Source: Rhodospirillaceae bacterium
GTDB lineage: Bacteria > Pseudomonadota > Alphaproteobacteria > GCA-2731375
Direction: 5' to 3'
Assembly (NCBI GenBank): GCA_018701215.1
Contig: JABIWH010000060.1
Location: 41,715-105,714 of the forward strand
DNA length: 64,000 nt
The translations under genes and the position numbers were made by a program. Under the pieces are notes generated by a model. It was not told the DNA's origin. It was given only the letters and a program-made list of their open reading frames with translations, and ran no database searches. Shown here in pieces: positions 38,605 through 48,614 of this stretch (position 1 is its first letter; each line of letters opens with the position of its first letter).

Positions 38605-40569
38605 CTATTTTGGCGGATTATAGCGGCTGTAGAATTCCGGGGCGCTGTAGTACAGCAGATGCCGGTTGATCCAAAGGTCTAGCTGCGATGAAAGCCGGGC
38701 TGCGTTGGCGCTTTCCAGGGTTGCCAAGTTTCTGGTTTCGCCGGGGTCGTGGTTCAGGTTGTAGAGTTCGGTTTTCTCAAAAGGGTAATAGGTTTTCAAA
38801 AGCTTCCAGGGCCATTGCACCAGGCCATTTTGCTTTACCAATGCATTGCTATGCATGAAGACCGGTCGCCTGCCGCCGGGTTGAAAAAGCGGCCGCCCCT
38901 GAAAGCTGGCCGGTACCGGCATACCCAGGATGCCGGGAATGGTCGCGGTAATATCCAAATGACTGACCGCATCCTGGAAGGTGTCACGGGGCAGGGTGGA
39001 ATTCTTCGGCGGTTTTACCATTACGAAGGTTCGCATCACTTCGTCATACATGGGCCCGGAATGATTGCCAAAACCATGTTCATGGAAGGCTTCGCCGCTA
39101 TCGCCAACGATGACGACCAGGGCTTCGTCCCACAAATTCCTCGCCTTCAGGGTGGCAGCAAAAGCCGATAACTCCCGGTCCAGATTATGCACCGCATTGA
39201 GATATCTGTTTCGAACCACCGATTTCAACGCCGCCGGCCAAAGATAGTAGAGCGCGCCTGACTCGATTTCCGAAGGCTGATACGGGCGCGCGCCGCCGGG
39301 CGGAATGACATAGGAAAAATGCGTGTTCTGCAAATTCATGCCAAGAAAAAACCGCCGCTTGTTTCCCAGGCCTTCGATCCAGCGGGCGGCGATTTTTAGG
39401 GTTTGGCTATCCTCGATCTTACCGGCCGTGGCGATACCCATGCGGATCAACTGGCCGATGCCCTTTCTATCCGCCTTGTGATACCAGGTATCGCCCTCGA
39501 AGTTCTCCGAGTGATAAAAATAGTCAACTTCGGCTGGCACGTTCAGCCAGTTGATCATTTTGCCCCATAGTTCATTCTGCGATGAAATATAGCCGGTGGT
39601 GTAGCCATGTTCCTTCATCAGCTTGAATATGGAGGTGCCGCGATAACCCGCATCCGTTGGGTAATGCTGTAAATTAAGCGACCGCATCGGGTAGCGCGAA
39701 TACCAGAAGGCGACATCGGCGTAATTCGAATGGGATGCGGTGGCATAGGCTTTGTCAAAGAATATGCCGTCCCCCTCTGCCAGGGATTTCAGAAACGGAA
39801 TTGGCGTGGGCGCCATTTCGATCAGGTCCCGGCGCAGGGATTCAACCAAAATGACGATGACCGGATGGTCGCCGTCGGCTTTCCCGATGGGCGCCGAAGG
39901 TGGGCGCGTCACAAAGGTTTTTTCCAGCGCCCGGTCCACGACATAGTCGGCATGGGATGGATCCAACCGCACCAACAGCATCTTGTTGAAGGCAATTGCC
40001 GAGAATTTCGCCGCCGCATATGGTGCGCTGAGATAGGCGCCCAAGGCCGCTGCCATCAAGGCGGCAAAAATCAAACTCGCGCCCCGCGGCTGGTTCATGC
40101 GGCGTGCCGGGCCAAAAAACAGTTTCGTCACGGCAAATGAAAACAGCAGCGTGGTGAATATGATGCCAAGGGTCATGGCAGGTGCGGTTTGCAGCAAATG
40201 CTGGGGAATGCGGGCCAGATTATCGATCAGAAAGACCACGATGTCCGTGCTCGGCAGAAAGCCGCTGGTCAGACCCAAGGACCAGGTAAAGGCGCACTGG
40301 ATCAACAAGGTCGCGGCCAGCAAGGTCAAAAGCAGGGCCAAAGGTCCGCGCAGAAGGATCGATGGCACACGGGCCGCCGCGATGGCCAGCAAGAACAAGG
40401 CAAAATATAGCACTGCCCAGGTCAGGGCCGCATTGGCCGCGATGATCAGCAATGACCAGCAAAATTCGTCGCCGCAATGCCTGGTCCTGAAATTTTTCGA
40501 GACCAGAAACCCGATGACAAGATCCGTTACAGGCAAGCTGGCAAGAACCAATAACCGCACAACAAACAT
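38605..40569 (-). CDS. Membrane-anchored alkaline-phosphatase-superfamily (sulfatase/LtaS-like) protein
   Basis: N-terminal TM helices; ILVESLRRD, GD.GEAF.EHG...H, ELYNL..DPGE..N motifs. Confidence 0.8.
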   Translation of the reverse strand: MFVVRLLVLASLPVTDLVIGFLVSKNFRTRHCGDEFCWSLLIIAANAALTWAVLYFALFLLAIAAARVPSILLRGPLALLLTLLAATLLIQCAFTWSLGLTSGFLPSTDIVVFLIDNLARIPQHLLQTAPAMTLGIIFTTLLFSFAVTKLFFGPARRMNQPRGASLIFAALMAAALGAYLSAPYAAAKFSAIAFNKMLLVRLDPSHADYVVDRALEKTFVTRPPSAPIGKADGDHPVIVILVESLRRDLIEMAPTPIPFLKSLAEGDGIFFDKAYATASHSNYADVAFWYSRYPMRSLNLQHYPTDAGYRGTSIFKLMKEHGYTTGYISSQNELWGKMINWLNVPAEVDYFYHSENFEGDTWYHKADRKGIGQLIRMGIATAGKIEDSQTLKIAARWIEGLGNKRRFFLGMNLQNTHFSYVIPPGGARPYQPSEIESGALYYLWPAALKSVVRNRYLNAVHNLDRELSAFAATLKARNLWDEALVVIVGDSGEAFHEHGFGNHSGPMYDEVMRTFVMVKPPKNSTLPRDTFQDAVSHLDITATIPGILGMPVPASFQGRPLFQPGGRRPVFMHSNALVKQNGLVQWPWKLLKTYYPFEKTELYNLNHDPGETRNLATLESANAARLSSQLDLWINRHLLYYSAPEFYSRYNPPK

Positions 40570-40735
40570 GCTATTATCCTAATGCAACGTAAGGCTCCGT
40601 TGGCGAACACGGCCCGCTACCGGTCATGGCACTTCAACAACATGGCTGAATGACACCATAGCGCGCATGGCTGGCTCGAGCCTCTGTTTTCGACCGCACT
40701 ATCTATTCCAGAAATTTATTAACTTTGGCTATACC

Positions 40736-41875
40736 TTATGCCTCGGCCACCAGCAGCCGGTGTGGTGCTTCGAAGTATTCCGCTGATTGCATTTCGGTCA
40801 GGCGCGAAACCGTGCGCTGGAATTCGAAACCGCCGTCGCCTGTCGGATAGATGTGTTCGGCGTCCGTCGCGGCGCTGGCCACCAACTTGACGCCATTGTC
40901 GTACAGGACATCGATCAAGATGACAAAGCGGCGGGCTTCGTTGCGCCGTTCCGGGCCCAGCTGGGGAATGCCGGACAGGATCAGGGTATGATAATGCCGG
41001 GTCAGTTCCAGATAGTCGTGGGCGCCCAGGGCCGCCTCGCACAGCTGGGGGAAACTGAAACGGGCCACGCCCTTGGCCTGTTGCGGCACCACCAAGATGC
41101 GGCCCTTGACCTCGATCTCGCCTGGGTCGCCAACGGGCCTGTCCGTCAGGTTTTGAAAGGCCGTATCCAGGGCCGCATCCGCCGCTGCATCCAACGGCGT
41201 GTAGTAGACCGGCACGCCCTTCATGCGCGCCAGGCGGTGGTCCTGGCGGCCTTCCAGACATAAGACATCCAGGCGTTGCTTCAGGTCTTCGATAAACGGC
41301 AGGAACAACTGCCGGTTCAGACCGCCTTTGTACAAATCATCCGGGGCCCGGTTCGAGGTAGCGATCACCACCACGCCCAATTCGAACAGACGTCCGAACA
41401 GACGGCCTAGGATGGTGGCGTCGGCGATGTCGCGGACCTCGAACTCGTCGAAACACAACAGCCAGGTGGCTTCCGCGATATCCTCGGCGATGGGTGGGAT
41501 GGGATCATCGCCCTTTCTCTCCGCCGCCGGCGCCTTGCGAAAGGCGTTGATGCGGCCATGCACCTCGCCCATGAATTCATGAAAATGCACCCGGCGCTTG
41601 CGATCAATCGGCGCGCCTTCAAAGAACAGATCCATCAACATGGATTTGCCCCGGCCCACTTCGCCATAGATATACAGGCCCTCGGGCGTGGGTTCCGTCT
41701 GGCCGCGGCCAAACAGGAACTGCCGCCAACCGCTACTCTGGCTAGGGTCATACTGCGCCAGGCGGTGGTGCAGCATCTGCAGCTTTTCCGCCGCCAGCTC
41801 TTGCGCTGGGTCCGGGTCCAGCTCGCCGGCCCGGCGCAGGGCCCGGTAGCGTTCTAACGGGGCATTCGCGTCCAC
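40736..41875 (-). CDS. zapE: AFG1/ZapE-family ATPase
   Basis: G.VGRGKSMLMDLF, R.HFHEFM, CFDEF, TSNR.P, RT.SRL.EM motifs. Confidence 0.92.
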   Translation of the reverse strand: MDANAPLERYRALRRAGELDPDPAQELAAEKLQMLHHRLAQYDPSQSSGWRQFLFGRGQTEPTPEGLYIYGEVGRGKSMLMDLFFEGAPIDRKRRVHFHEFMGEVHGRINAFRKAPAAERKGDDPIPPIAEDIAEATWLLCFDEFEVRDIADATILGRLFGRLFELGVVVIATSNRAPDDLYKGGLNRQLFLPFIEDLKQRLDVLCLEGRQDHRLARMKGVPVYYTPLDAAADAALDTAFQNLTDRPVGDPGEIEVKGRILVVPQQAKGVARFSFPQLCEAALGAHDYLELTRHYHTLILSGIPQLGPERRNEARRFVILIDVLYDNGVKLVASAATDAEHIYPTGDGGFEFQRTVSRLTEMQSAEYFEAPHRLLVAEA

Positions 41876-41906
41876 GCGTATGAAATCTCCGTCTATTCAG
41901 ACCAGC

Positions 41907-43409
41907 TTACTCTGAACCGGGCGTGGGCATGGCGAACTCAGCGCCGGCCCGAATACCCGTGGGCCAGCGCGAGGTCACGGTCTTGGTCCGGGTATAGAAC
42001 CTCACCCCATCTGGTCCGTGCTGGTTCATATCGCCAAAGGCCGAATTCTTCCAACCGCCAAAGCTGTAGAAGGCCATGGGCACCGGAATGGGTACGTTGA
42101 TGCCAACCATGCCCACCTCGACATTGGCGGTGAAGTCACGGGCCGCATCGCCGTCGCGGGTGAAGATGGCGACGCCGTTGCCAAACTCATGCTCGGTGGG
42201 TAGGCGCAGCGCCTCGTCAAAATCCGGTGCGCGGACCACGGACAGTACCGGGCCGAAGATCTCTTCTTTATAGATGCGCATATCGTCGGTGACATTGTCG
42301 AACAAACAGCCGCCCATGAAAAAGCCGTTCTCGTAGCCCTGGGCCCGGAAGTCCCGGCCATCAACCACCAGATCGGCGCCTTCCTGGACGCCCAGATCCA
42401 CATAGCCTTTGACCTTGGCCAGATGTTCCGCCGTGACCAATGGTCCCATTTCGGAGGCCGGATCCAACGAAGGCCCGACCTTCAGGGCCTCGATACGCGG
42501 CTTCAGACGCGCCACCAGCTCGTCCGCCGTATCCTGACCAACGGGCACGGCGACCGAGACCGCCATGCAGCGCTCGCCGGCGGAGCCATAGCCCGCGCCC
42601 ATCAGGGCATCGACGGCCTGTTCCATATCCGCGTCAGGCATGACGATCATGTGGTTCTTGGCCCCGCCCATGGCCTGTACCCGCTTGCCGAAATGGGCGC
42701 AGCGCTCGTAGACATAGTTGGCAATGGGCGTGGAGCCGACAAAGCTGACCGCCTTGACGTTTGGATCTTCGATCAGGGTATCGACCGCCAGCTTGTCGCC
42801 GTTGACCACGTTCAATACGCCCTCTGGTGCGCCGGCCTCCATCATCAGTTCCGCCAGGCGGAGCGGTAACGATGGGTCTTTTTCCGATGGTTTCAAGATA
42901 AAGCAGTTGCCGCAGGCAATGGCCACGGGGAACATCCACATGGGTACCATGGCGGGGAAGTTGAACGGCGTGATGCCGGCCACCACGCCCAGCGGCTGGC
43001 GCATGGAATAAAGATCGATGCCAGCCGCCACGTTGGCGGAAAACTCGCCCTTCAACAGCTGTGGGATGCCGCAGGCAAATTCCACCACTTCCAAACCACG
43101 GGTGATGGAACCGGCGGCATCCGACTTGACCTTGCCATGTTCGATGGAGCACAGCTCGGACAACTCGTCCATGTTCTGTTCCAGCAGATCCTTGAAGCGG
43201 AACATCACCCGGGCCCGGGCCGAGGGCGCGGTGTTGGCCCAACCGGGAAACGCCTTGGCCGAGGACGCGATGACCGCGCGGACCTCGTCCGCCGTCGCCA
43301 GGGGCAGCTCGAAAATCTGCTCGCCGGTGGAGGCGTTATAGACCGGGCTGAAACGGTCGCTTTCCCCCGGCACGGCCCTGCCGTCAACGAAATGGTACAG
43401 CTGCTTCAT
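41907..43409 (-). CDS. mmsA: CoA-acylating (methyl)malonate-semialdehyde dehydrogenase
   Basis: ITPFNFPAM.PMW, GAKNH, SAGERCMA, EEIFGP motifs; start placed at MKQLY. Confidence 0.92.
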   Translation of the reverse strand: MKQLYHFVDGRAVPGESDRFSPVYNASTGEQIFELPLATADEVRAVIASSAKAFPGWANTAPSARARVMFRFKDLLEQNMDELSELCSIEHGKVKSDAAGSITRGLEVVEFACGIPQLLKGEFSANVAAGIDLYSMRQPLGVVAGITPFNFPAMVPMWMFPVAIACGNCFILKPSEKDPSLPLRLAELMMEAGAPEGVLNVVNGDKLAVDTLIEDPNVKAVSFVGSTPIANYVYERCAHFGKRVQAMGGAKNHMIVMPDADMEQAVDALMGAGYGSAGERCMAVSVAVPVGQDTADELVARLKPRIEALKVGPSLDPASEMGPLVTAEHLAKVKGYVDLGVQEGADLVVDGRDFRAQGYENGFFMGGCLFDNVTDDMRIYKEEIFGPVLSVVRAPDFDEALRLPTEHEFGNGVAIFTRDGDAARDFTANVEVGMVGINVPIPVPMAFYSFGGWKNSAFGDMNQHGPDGVRFYTRTKTVTSRWPTGIRAGAEFAMPTPGSE

Positions 43410-43425
43410 ACTTGGAGTTCCCTGT

Positions 43426-45276
43426 TTATTGGCCGTCAATCACACCGGGGTCGCGCACTGCACCATAGGCGGCACTACGCGCCAGGGCGGCATACGAGCG
43501 CAGGGCGCGGGAGACATGACGGTCCCGGTTCACGGGTTTCCAGCCGCCGTCCTCGCGGTCGGACATCGCCTGATGCCGGCGCTCAATCTCCTGTGGATCC
43601 ACGTTCAGTTGCAGCAAACGTTCGGGGATATCGATCTCTACTTCGTCGCCATCCTCGATCAGGGCAATCAGTCCGCCTTCGCCGGCTTCCGGCGAGATGT
43701 GACCCAGGGACAGGCCCGAGGAAGCGCCGGAAAAACGGCCATCCGTGATCAGGGCGCATTCCTTGCCCAGTCCCACGGCCTTGATCATCGATGTGGGCAT
43801 CAGCATTTCCTGCATGCCCGGGCCGCCGCGTGGGCCTTCGTAGCGGACCACGACCACGTCGCCGGCCTTGACCTTGCCGGCCATGATACCGTCGCCGGCA
43901 GCGTCCTGGCTTTCATAGACCACGGCGGGGCCTTTGAATTTCAGGATTGATTCATCGACGCCGGCGGTCTTCACGATGCAGCCGTCATCCGCCAGATTGC
44001 CGAACAGCACGGCCAGGCCGCCATCGGCGGAATAAGCATGCTCGATATCTCGGATGCAGCCATCGGCGCGGTCCAGATCCAGGCTGTCGTAATAGCTGTC
44101 CTGGCTAAAGGCGGCGATGGAGCGGATACGACCGGGCGCGGCGCTATAGAATTTCTTGACCTCTTCATTGGAGGTGCGGCGCACGTCCCACATTTCCAGG
44201 GTGTCCGCCAGGGTATCGCCCGAGATATTGAGTACGGAGGTATCCAACAGGCCGCCGCGGGCCAATTCGCCCATGATGGCCAGGATGCCGCCGGCCCGAT
44301 GCACATCCTCCATGTGATAGTACGGCACCGATGGCGAGACCTTGCAGATATTGGGTACCTTGCGCGACAGGGCATCCATGTCCGCCATCTTGAAGTCGAC
44401 CTCGCCCTCGAACGCGATGGCCAGCAAATGCAGCACCGTGTTGGTGGAGCCGCCCATGGCGATATCCAGCGCCATGGCGTTTTCGAAGGCCTTTACGGTG
44501 GCGATGTTGCGGGGCAGCACCGAGGCTTCATCCAGCTCGTAATAGCGCTTGGTCATCTCGACGATTTGCCGGCCCGCTTGTAAAAACAATTCCTTGCGCC
44601 GGGCGTGCGTGGCGACGATGGAGCCATTGCCCGGCAGCGCCAGACCCAGCGCCTCGGCCAGGCAGTTCATGGAGTTGGCGGTGAACATGCCCGAACAGCT
44701 GCCGCAGGTGGGACAGGCGGCCTGCTCCATCTCCAGCAATTGAGCGTCGGAAACGTTGGGATCGTTACTGGCCACCAGAGCATCAAGCAAATCCAGCTCG
44801 GAACCTTTTGTAGCGCCCGCCTTGCCGGCCTCCATGGGGCCGCCCGAAACAAAGATCGTGGGGATGTTCAGGCGCATGCCGGCCATCAACATGCCCGGCG
44901 TGATCTTGTCACAGTTCGAAATACAGACCAGGGCGTCGGCGCAATGGGCATTCACCATATATTCCACCGCGTCCGCGATCAGCTCCCGGCTGGGCAGGCT
45001 GTAGAGCATGCCGTCATGGCCCATGGCGATGCCGTCATCCACGGCGATGGTGTTGAATTCCTTGGCGTTGGCGCCGGCCGCCTCGATCTCGCGGGCGACC
45101 ATCTGGCCCAGGTCCTTCAGGTGCACATGCCCCGGCACGAACTGGGTAAAGGAATTGGCGATCGCGATGATCGGCTTATCCATATCCTTTTCCTGGGTAC
45201 CCGTGGCGCGCCACAGGGAACGTGCGGCGGCGGCTTGTCTGCCCTGGGTGGTGCGGTGTGAGCGATATGCGGGCAT
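43426..45276 (-). CDS. ilvD: Dihydroxy-acid dehydratase
   Basis: [45 protein letters not shown]; start placed at MPAYRS. Confidence 0.9.
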   Translation of the reverse strand: MPAYRSHRTTQGRQAAAARSLWRATGTQEKDMDKPIIAIANSFTQFVPGHVHLKDLGQMVAREIEAAGANAKEFNTIAVDDGIAMGHDGMLYSLPSRELIADAVEYMVNAHCADALVCISNCDKITPGMLMAGMRLNIPTIFVSGGPMEAGKAGATKGSELDLLDALVASNDPNVSDAQLLEMEQAACPTCGSCSGMFTANSMNCLAEALGLALPGNGSIVATHARRKELFLQAGRQIVEMTKRYYELDEASVLPRNIATVKAFENAMALDIAMGGSTNTVLHLLAIAFEGEVDFKMADMDALSRKVPNICKVSPSVPYYHMEDVHRAGGILAIMGELARGGLLDTSVLNISGDTLADTLEMWDVRRTSNEEVKKFYSAAPGRIRSIAAFSQDSYYDSLDLDRADGCIRDIEHAYSADGGLAVLFGNLADDGCIVKTAGVDESILKFKGPAVVYESQDAAGDGIMAGKVKAGDVVVVRYEGPRGGPGMQEMLMPTSMIKAVGLGKECALITDGRFSGASSGLSLGHISPEAGEGGLIALIEDGDEVEIDIPERLLQLNVDPQEIERRHQAMSDREDGGWKPVNRDRHVSRALRSYAALARSAAYGAVRDPGVIDGQ

Positions 45277-45315
45277 GGCGGTAATTCCTTCGTAATGGCG
45301 GCGAAAATGCAAGAA

Positions 45316-45344
45316 CGGCGCGGAACTTAGCAGGTTCCGCGCCG
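45316..45344 (-). terminator. 11-bp hairpin in the ilvD leader, terminator-like
   Basis: CGGCGCGGAAC/GTTCCGCGCCG, followed on the minus strand by TTCTTGCATTTT. Confidence 0.4.
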
Positions 45345-45606
45345 CCTTTCCAATATAGTTCATCTTAGGGTGTAAGCAATTCTAGGTCCAAAAGGCTAGT
45401 CCGGCACGGCACCTGATCCGATGATGAATTCGAACTCGGTCTCAAAACCGTTTTCGTTTTCGAATTGTGCAAGGCAGGCCCTGACATCGGCCCAGGCGGG
45501 AGATCGCGGGTGAAATATTTACCTTTTTTCCATAATATGCTGGCCTGACGCTAATGGAGATGACTTATGGCGCATCGTGAAGACAGCGGCCGGCTGGGTG
45601 ACGACC

Positions 45607-46185
45607 ATGCCGGATGATCGGGCCAGCGAATATCGCGACAAACAACAGGGTGGCGATGATCCGTTTGCCATCGTGACACAGCAATTGCGGCGCGGCGAAA
45701 AAAGCGTCTGGACAGAACGGCCGGCGCCCCTGGCGCGGGCCAGATCCCGGTTGATGATCTTTCTGTTCGGCATCCCGTTTTTTGCCTTCGCGGTGTTCTG
45801 GACCATCTCCGCCGGACAATCGGGCGATGCCATATTTCCCCTGTTCGGCATCCCGTTCATGGTGATCGGCGCGGGCCTGCTGCTCTCGCCCGTGTGGAGC
45901 TATTGGGAGGCCAAAAACTGGCTGATCTATGCCATTACGGACCAGCGTATTCTGATCATCCGGACATTTCCCAGGCACAAGGTGGAAAGCTTCGAACCCG
46001 ACGACATCACCAAGCTGGAACGCACCACCAAACCGGATGGTTCCGGTAACGTAATATTCGCCGAAGAAGAACGCCGAGGCAAGAACGGCACCTATATGGT
46101 GCCGCGCGGCTTCTACGGCGTGCCCGAGGCCATGCGCGTCGAGGACGCGGTGATGCAGCTGCGGAACTCAGGCGCCAATACCTAG
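45607..46185 (+). CDS. Two-TM membrane protein with a bacterial PH-like C-terminal domain
   Basis: GE...W..RP, two TMs, YAITDQR, DGSG...F patterns. Confidence 0.75.
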   Translation: MPDDRASEYRDKQQGGDDPFAIVTQQLRRGEKSVWTERPAPLARARSRLMIFLFGIPFFAFAVFWTISAGQSGDAIFPLFGIPFMVIGAGLLLSPVWSYWEAKNWLIYAITDQRILIIRTFPRHKVESFEPDDITKLERTTKPDGSGNVIFAEEERRGKNGTYMVPRGFYGVPEAMRVEDAVMQLRNSGANT

Positions 46186-46241
46186 CGGCCGGTCGCTGGC
46201 GGCATTTGTCCAATGTGCCGTTATATGACAAACTGCCACCC

Positions 46242-46664
46242 ATGGGGATACGCTTTCAGATCGACGTCGCCATGCGTCTTGTCATTGCTTGGTATGAAAA
46301 GCAGCTCGATCCGCTTGAGTATATAAAGGTTATGAAGGAAATCGCGGCGAGCCCCGATTTCCGTCCGGATTTTCGCCTGCTCGCGATCATCTCTGAAGAT
46401 ATCGACCTGAGTAGTCTAAGCGCCGATGCCATGCGCGAGATGCAGGCCGCCGAAGCGGCGAGCCTGCAGCGTCCCCCCGGAACCCTGGGGGTGATCCTGG
46501 CCGAGGACGAAATGGTCACTGTCATGGGCAAGCTCTATATCGAACTTGCCGCCAATAATCCCAACCTTGGAACCGATATCCGCATGGTTTCAAACGCCGC
46601 CGAAGCCAGTGCCCTGCTCGGCGTTAACCTGGCCCACCTGCAAATGCCGGCCTACGCCCTCTAG
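46242..46664 (+). CDS. Hypothetical protein (possible STAS/SEC14-like fold)
   Basis: PDFRPDF..L and C-terminal ...AEA..LL pattern; the fold assignment is tentative. Confidence 0.6.
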   Translation: MGIRFQIDVAMRLVIAWYEKQLDPLEYIKVMKEIAASPDFRPDFRLLAIISEDIDLSSLSADAMREMQAAEAASLQRPPGTLGVILAEDEMVTVMGKLYIELAANNPNLGTDIRMVSNAAEASALLGVNLAHLQMPAYAL

Positions 46665-46737
46665 GGGCCCGCCCAGAGCGAAACTGTTCTATATCTAGTC
46701 TAATCTCTTTCGCGGCGATCAGGTTCAAAAACTGCGC

Positions 46738-46774
46738 TTTTATGCAGTTAGCTAGTTTAGCTAACTGCATAAAA
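46738..46774. promoter_or_regulatory. Perfect 17-bp inverted repeat, candidate antitoxin operator
   Basis: TTTTATGCAGTTAGCTA-GTT-TAGCTAACTGCATAAAA, 17 bp before the phd-like ATG. Confidence 0.7.
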
Positions 46775-46791
46775 TAAGCTGAGTCATCACA

Positions 46792-46965
46792 ATGATTGAA
46801 GTCAGCGCCTTCGAGGCAAAAATCCATCTGTCCGCCCTGCTGGATAAGGTCAGCCGTGGTGAGGAAGTGCTCATTACACGGCGGGGCAAGGCCGTTGCCC
46901 GCCTAACGAAACCCAAGCCCCCATTTGCCTTCCCCGCCCAGCCACGCTATCAAATTAACGGTTAG
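46792..46965 (+). pseudogene. Orphan, probably truncated Phd/YefM antitoxin
   Basis: Manual translation MIEVSAFEAKIHLSALLDKVSRGEEVLITRRGKAVARL plus a 19-aa atypical tail; no toxin gene follows; absent from the ORF track. Confidence 0.8.
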
Positions 46966-46988
46966 CGTTCATATGGGAGTGGTTCGGC

Positions 46989-48614
46989 ATGGCGACGGAT
47001 AAATCTGGTTGGGTTGTGGGGAAAATTCTGGCGGAACAGGCCCGTATGCGTCCTGATGCGCCGCTGATCCAGTTTGAGCGTGGCCACATGCACAATTACG
47101 CCGAAGCGCATGCCATGGCCAACCGGGCCGGCAATGGTTATGCCGATGTTGGCGTCGGTTTTGGCGACAACGTTGCCGTAATGTTGAATAACCGGTTGGA
47201 GTATCTCTGGTCCTGGTTCGGGCTCAGCCGCATTGGCGGGGTGTTGGTGGGCATTAACACCGCCCTGAAGGGCACGTTTCTGACCCACGTGCTGAGCAAC
47301 ACCAAGGCCCGCATTGGCGTGTTCGAGCCGGAGTTTCTGCCCTGGCTGGCGGAGATCGAGGACACCGTGCCGGACATGCAGACGGTCTATGTGCCGGCGG
47401 ACGTCTATGATCCGGACAATCTGCCCGCCTTCAAACGTATCGAAATCCGCTGCTTTGACGAGATCATGGCCGGCGCGGATGACGAGATCCATGTGGATGT
47501 CACCTACCGTGACCTCGGCATGATCATGTTCACCTCCGGCACCACCGGGCCATCCAAGGGCGCCTTGATGCCCCACGGTCATCTGTATCTGTTCGGCCAT
47601 TGCATGCAGGTCCATCTGGGCATGACGCCCGACGATATCTATTACATCCCCATGCCGATGTTTCATGCCCAGGGCATCCTGATGCAGTTCTATGCCACCC
47701 TGATAACGGGGGGCAGCGCCGTCATGGTCAAGCAGTTCCGGGCCACCAGCTGGATTGACGATATCCGCGAGCACAAGGCCACCCTGGCCAATCTGCTGGG
47801 CGTAATGAACGATTTCGTCCTGCGCCAGGATGCCAAGCCGGAAGATACCGACAACAACTTGCGCATGGTCTGCGCCGTGCCGGTGACCGACGAGACGTTG
47901 GAGGCCTTGCGTACGCGCTTCGCCATCCCAAAATTCAACGAAATCTTCGGTATGACGGAATGCAATCTGCCCGTCGCCCGGCCCGTTGACGCGCCCGATG
48001 AAGCAGGTTGTTCCGGCAAGGTCTGGGACGAATATTTCGAGGTCATCATCGCTGATCCCGAGACCGACGAGGAAGTGCCCATGGGCGAGGTCGGCGAAAT
48101 CCTGGTCCGCCCCAAGGAAGCCTATTGCTTCATGGCCGGCTATAACGGCATGGACGACCGCACCGTGGAAACCTGGCGCAATTTCTGGTTCCACACCGGC
48201 GATGCCGGCCGCATGGATGAGCGCGGCTATGTCTGGTACATCGACCGTATCAAGGACACCATCCGAAGGCGCGGCGAAAACATCTCGTCGTTCGAGGTTG
48301 AAGCGGTCTTTCTGGAGCACGCGGCGGTCAAGGAAGCCGCCGCCGTCGCAGTCGCGGCGGAGGAGGGCGGCGAGGACGAAGTGCTGATCTGCCTGATCCT
48401 GGAGGACGGCGTTGAGCCGCCCGCGCCAGCGGATCTGCTGGATTACGCCGGCCCGCGCATGCCCTATTTCGCGGTGCCCCGCTATGTGGAGTATGTGGAC
48501 GAAATCCCCACCACGCCCACCGCCAAGATCCAAAAGAACAAGCTGCGCGACCGTGGTCTGTCCGCCGCCGCCTGGGACCGGGACGCCGCAGGCTACAAGG
48601 TTAAGCGTGGATAA
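46989..48614 (+). CDS. Acyl-CoA ligase (crotonobetaine/carnitine-CoA ligase CaiC-like)
   Basis: FTSGTTGPSKG, FGMTE, DR.KD.IRRRGENISSFEVE motifs. Confidence 0.9.
   Translation: MATDKSGWVVGKILAEQARMRPDAPLIQFERGHMHNYAEAHAMANRAGNGYADVGVGFGDNVAVMLNNRLEYLWSWFGLSRIGGVLVGINTALKGTFLTHVLSNTKARIGVFEPEFLPWLAEIEDTVPDMQTVYVPADVYDPDNLPAFKRIEIRCFDEIMAGADDEIHVDVTYRDLGMIMFTSGTTGPSKGALMPHGHLYLFGHCMQVHLGMTPDDIYYIPMPMFHAQGILMQFYATLITGGSAVMVKQFRATSWIDDIREHKATLANLLGVMNDFVLRQDAKPEDTDNNLRMVCAVPVTDETLEALRTRFAIPKFNEIFGMTECNLPVARPVDAPDEAGCSGKVWDEYFEVIIADPETDEEVPMGEVGEILVRPKEAYCFMAGYNGMDDRTVETWRNFWFHTGDAGRMDERGYVWYIDRIKDTIRRRGENISSFEVEAVFLEHAAVKEAAAVAVAAEEGGEDEVLICLILEDGVEPPAPADLLDYAGPRMPYFAVPRYVEYVDEIPTTPTAKIQKNKLRDRGLSAAAWDRDAAGYKVKRG

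Noticed and set aside
45277-45535. Classical Ile/Leu/Val leader-peptide attenuator for ilvD
   Set aside because: The short upstream minus-strand ORFs I translated have no run of branched-chain codons.
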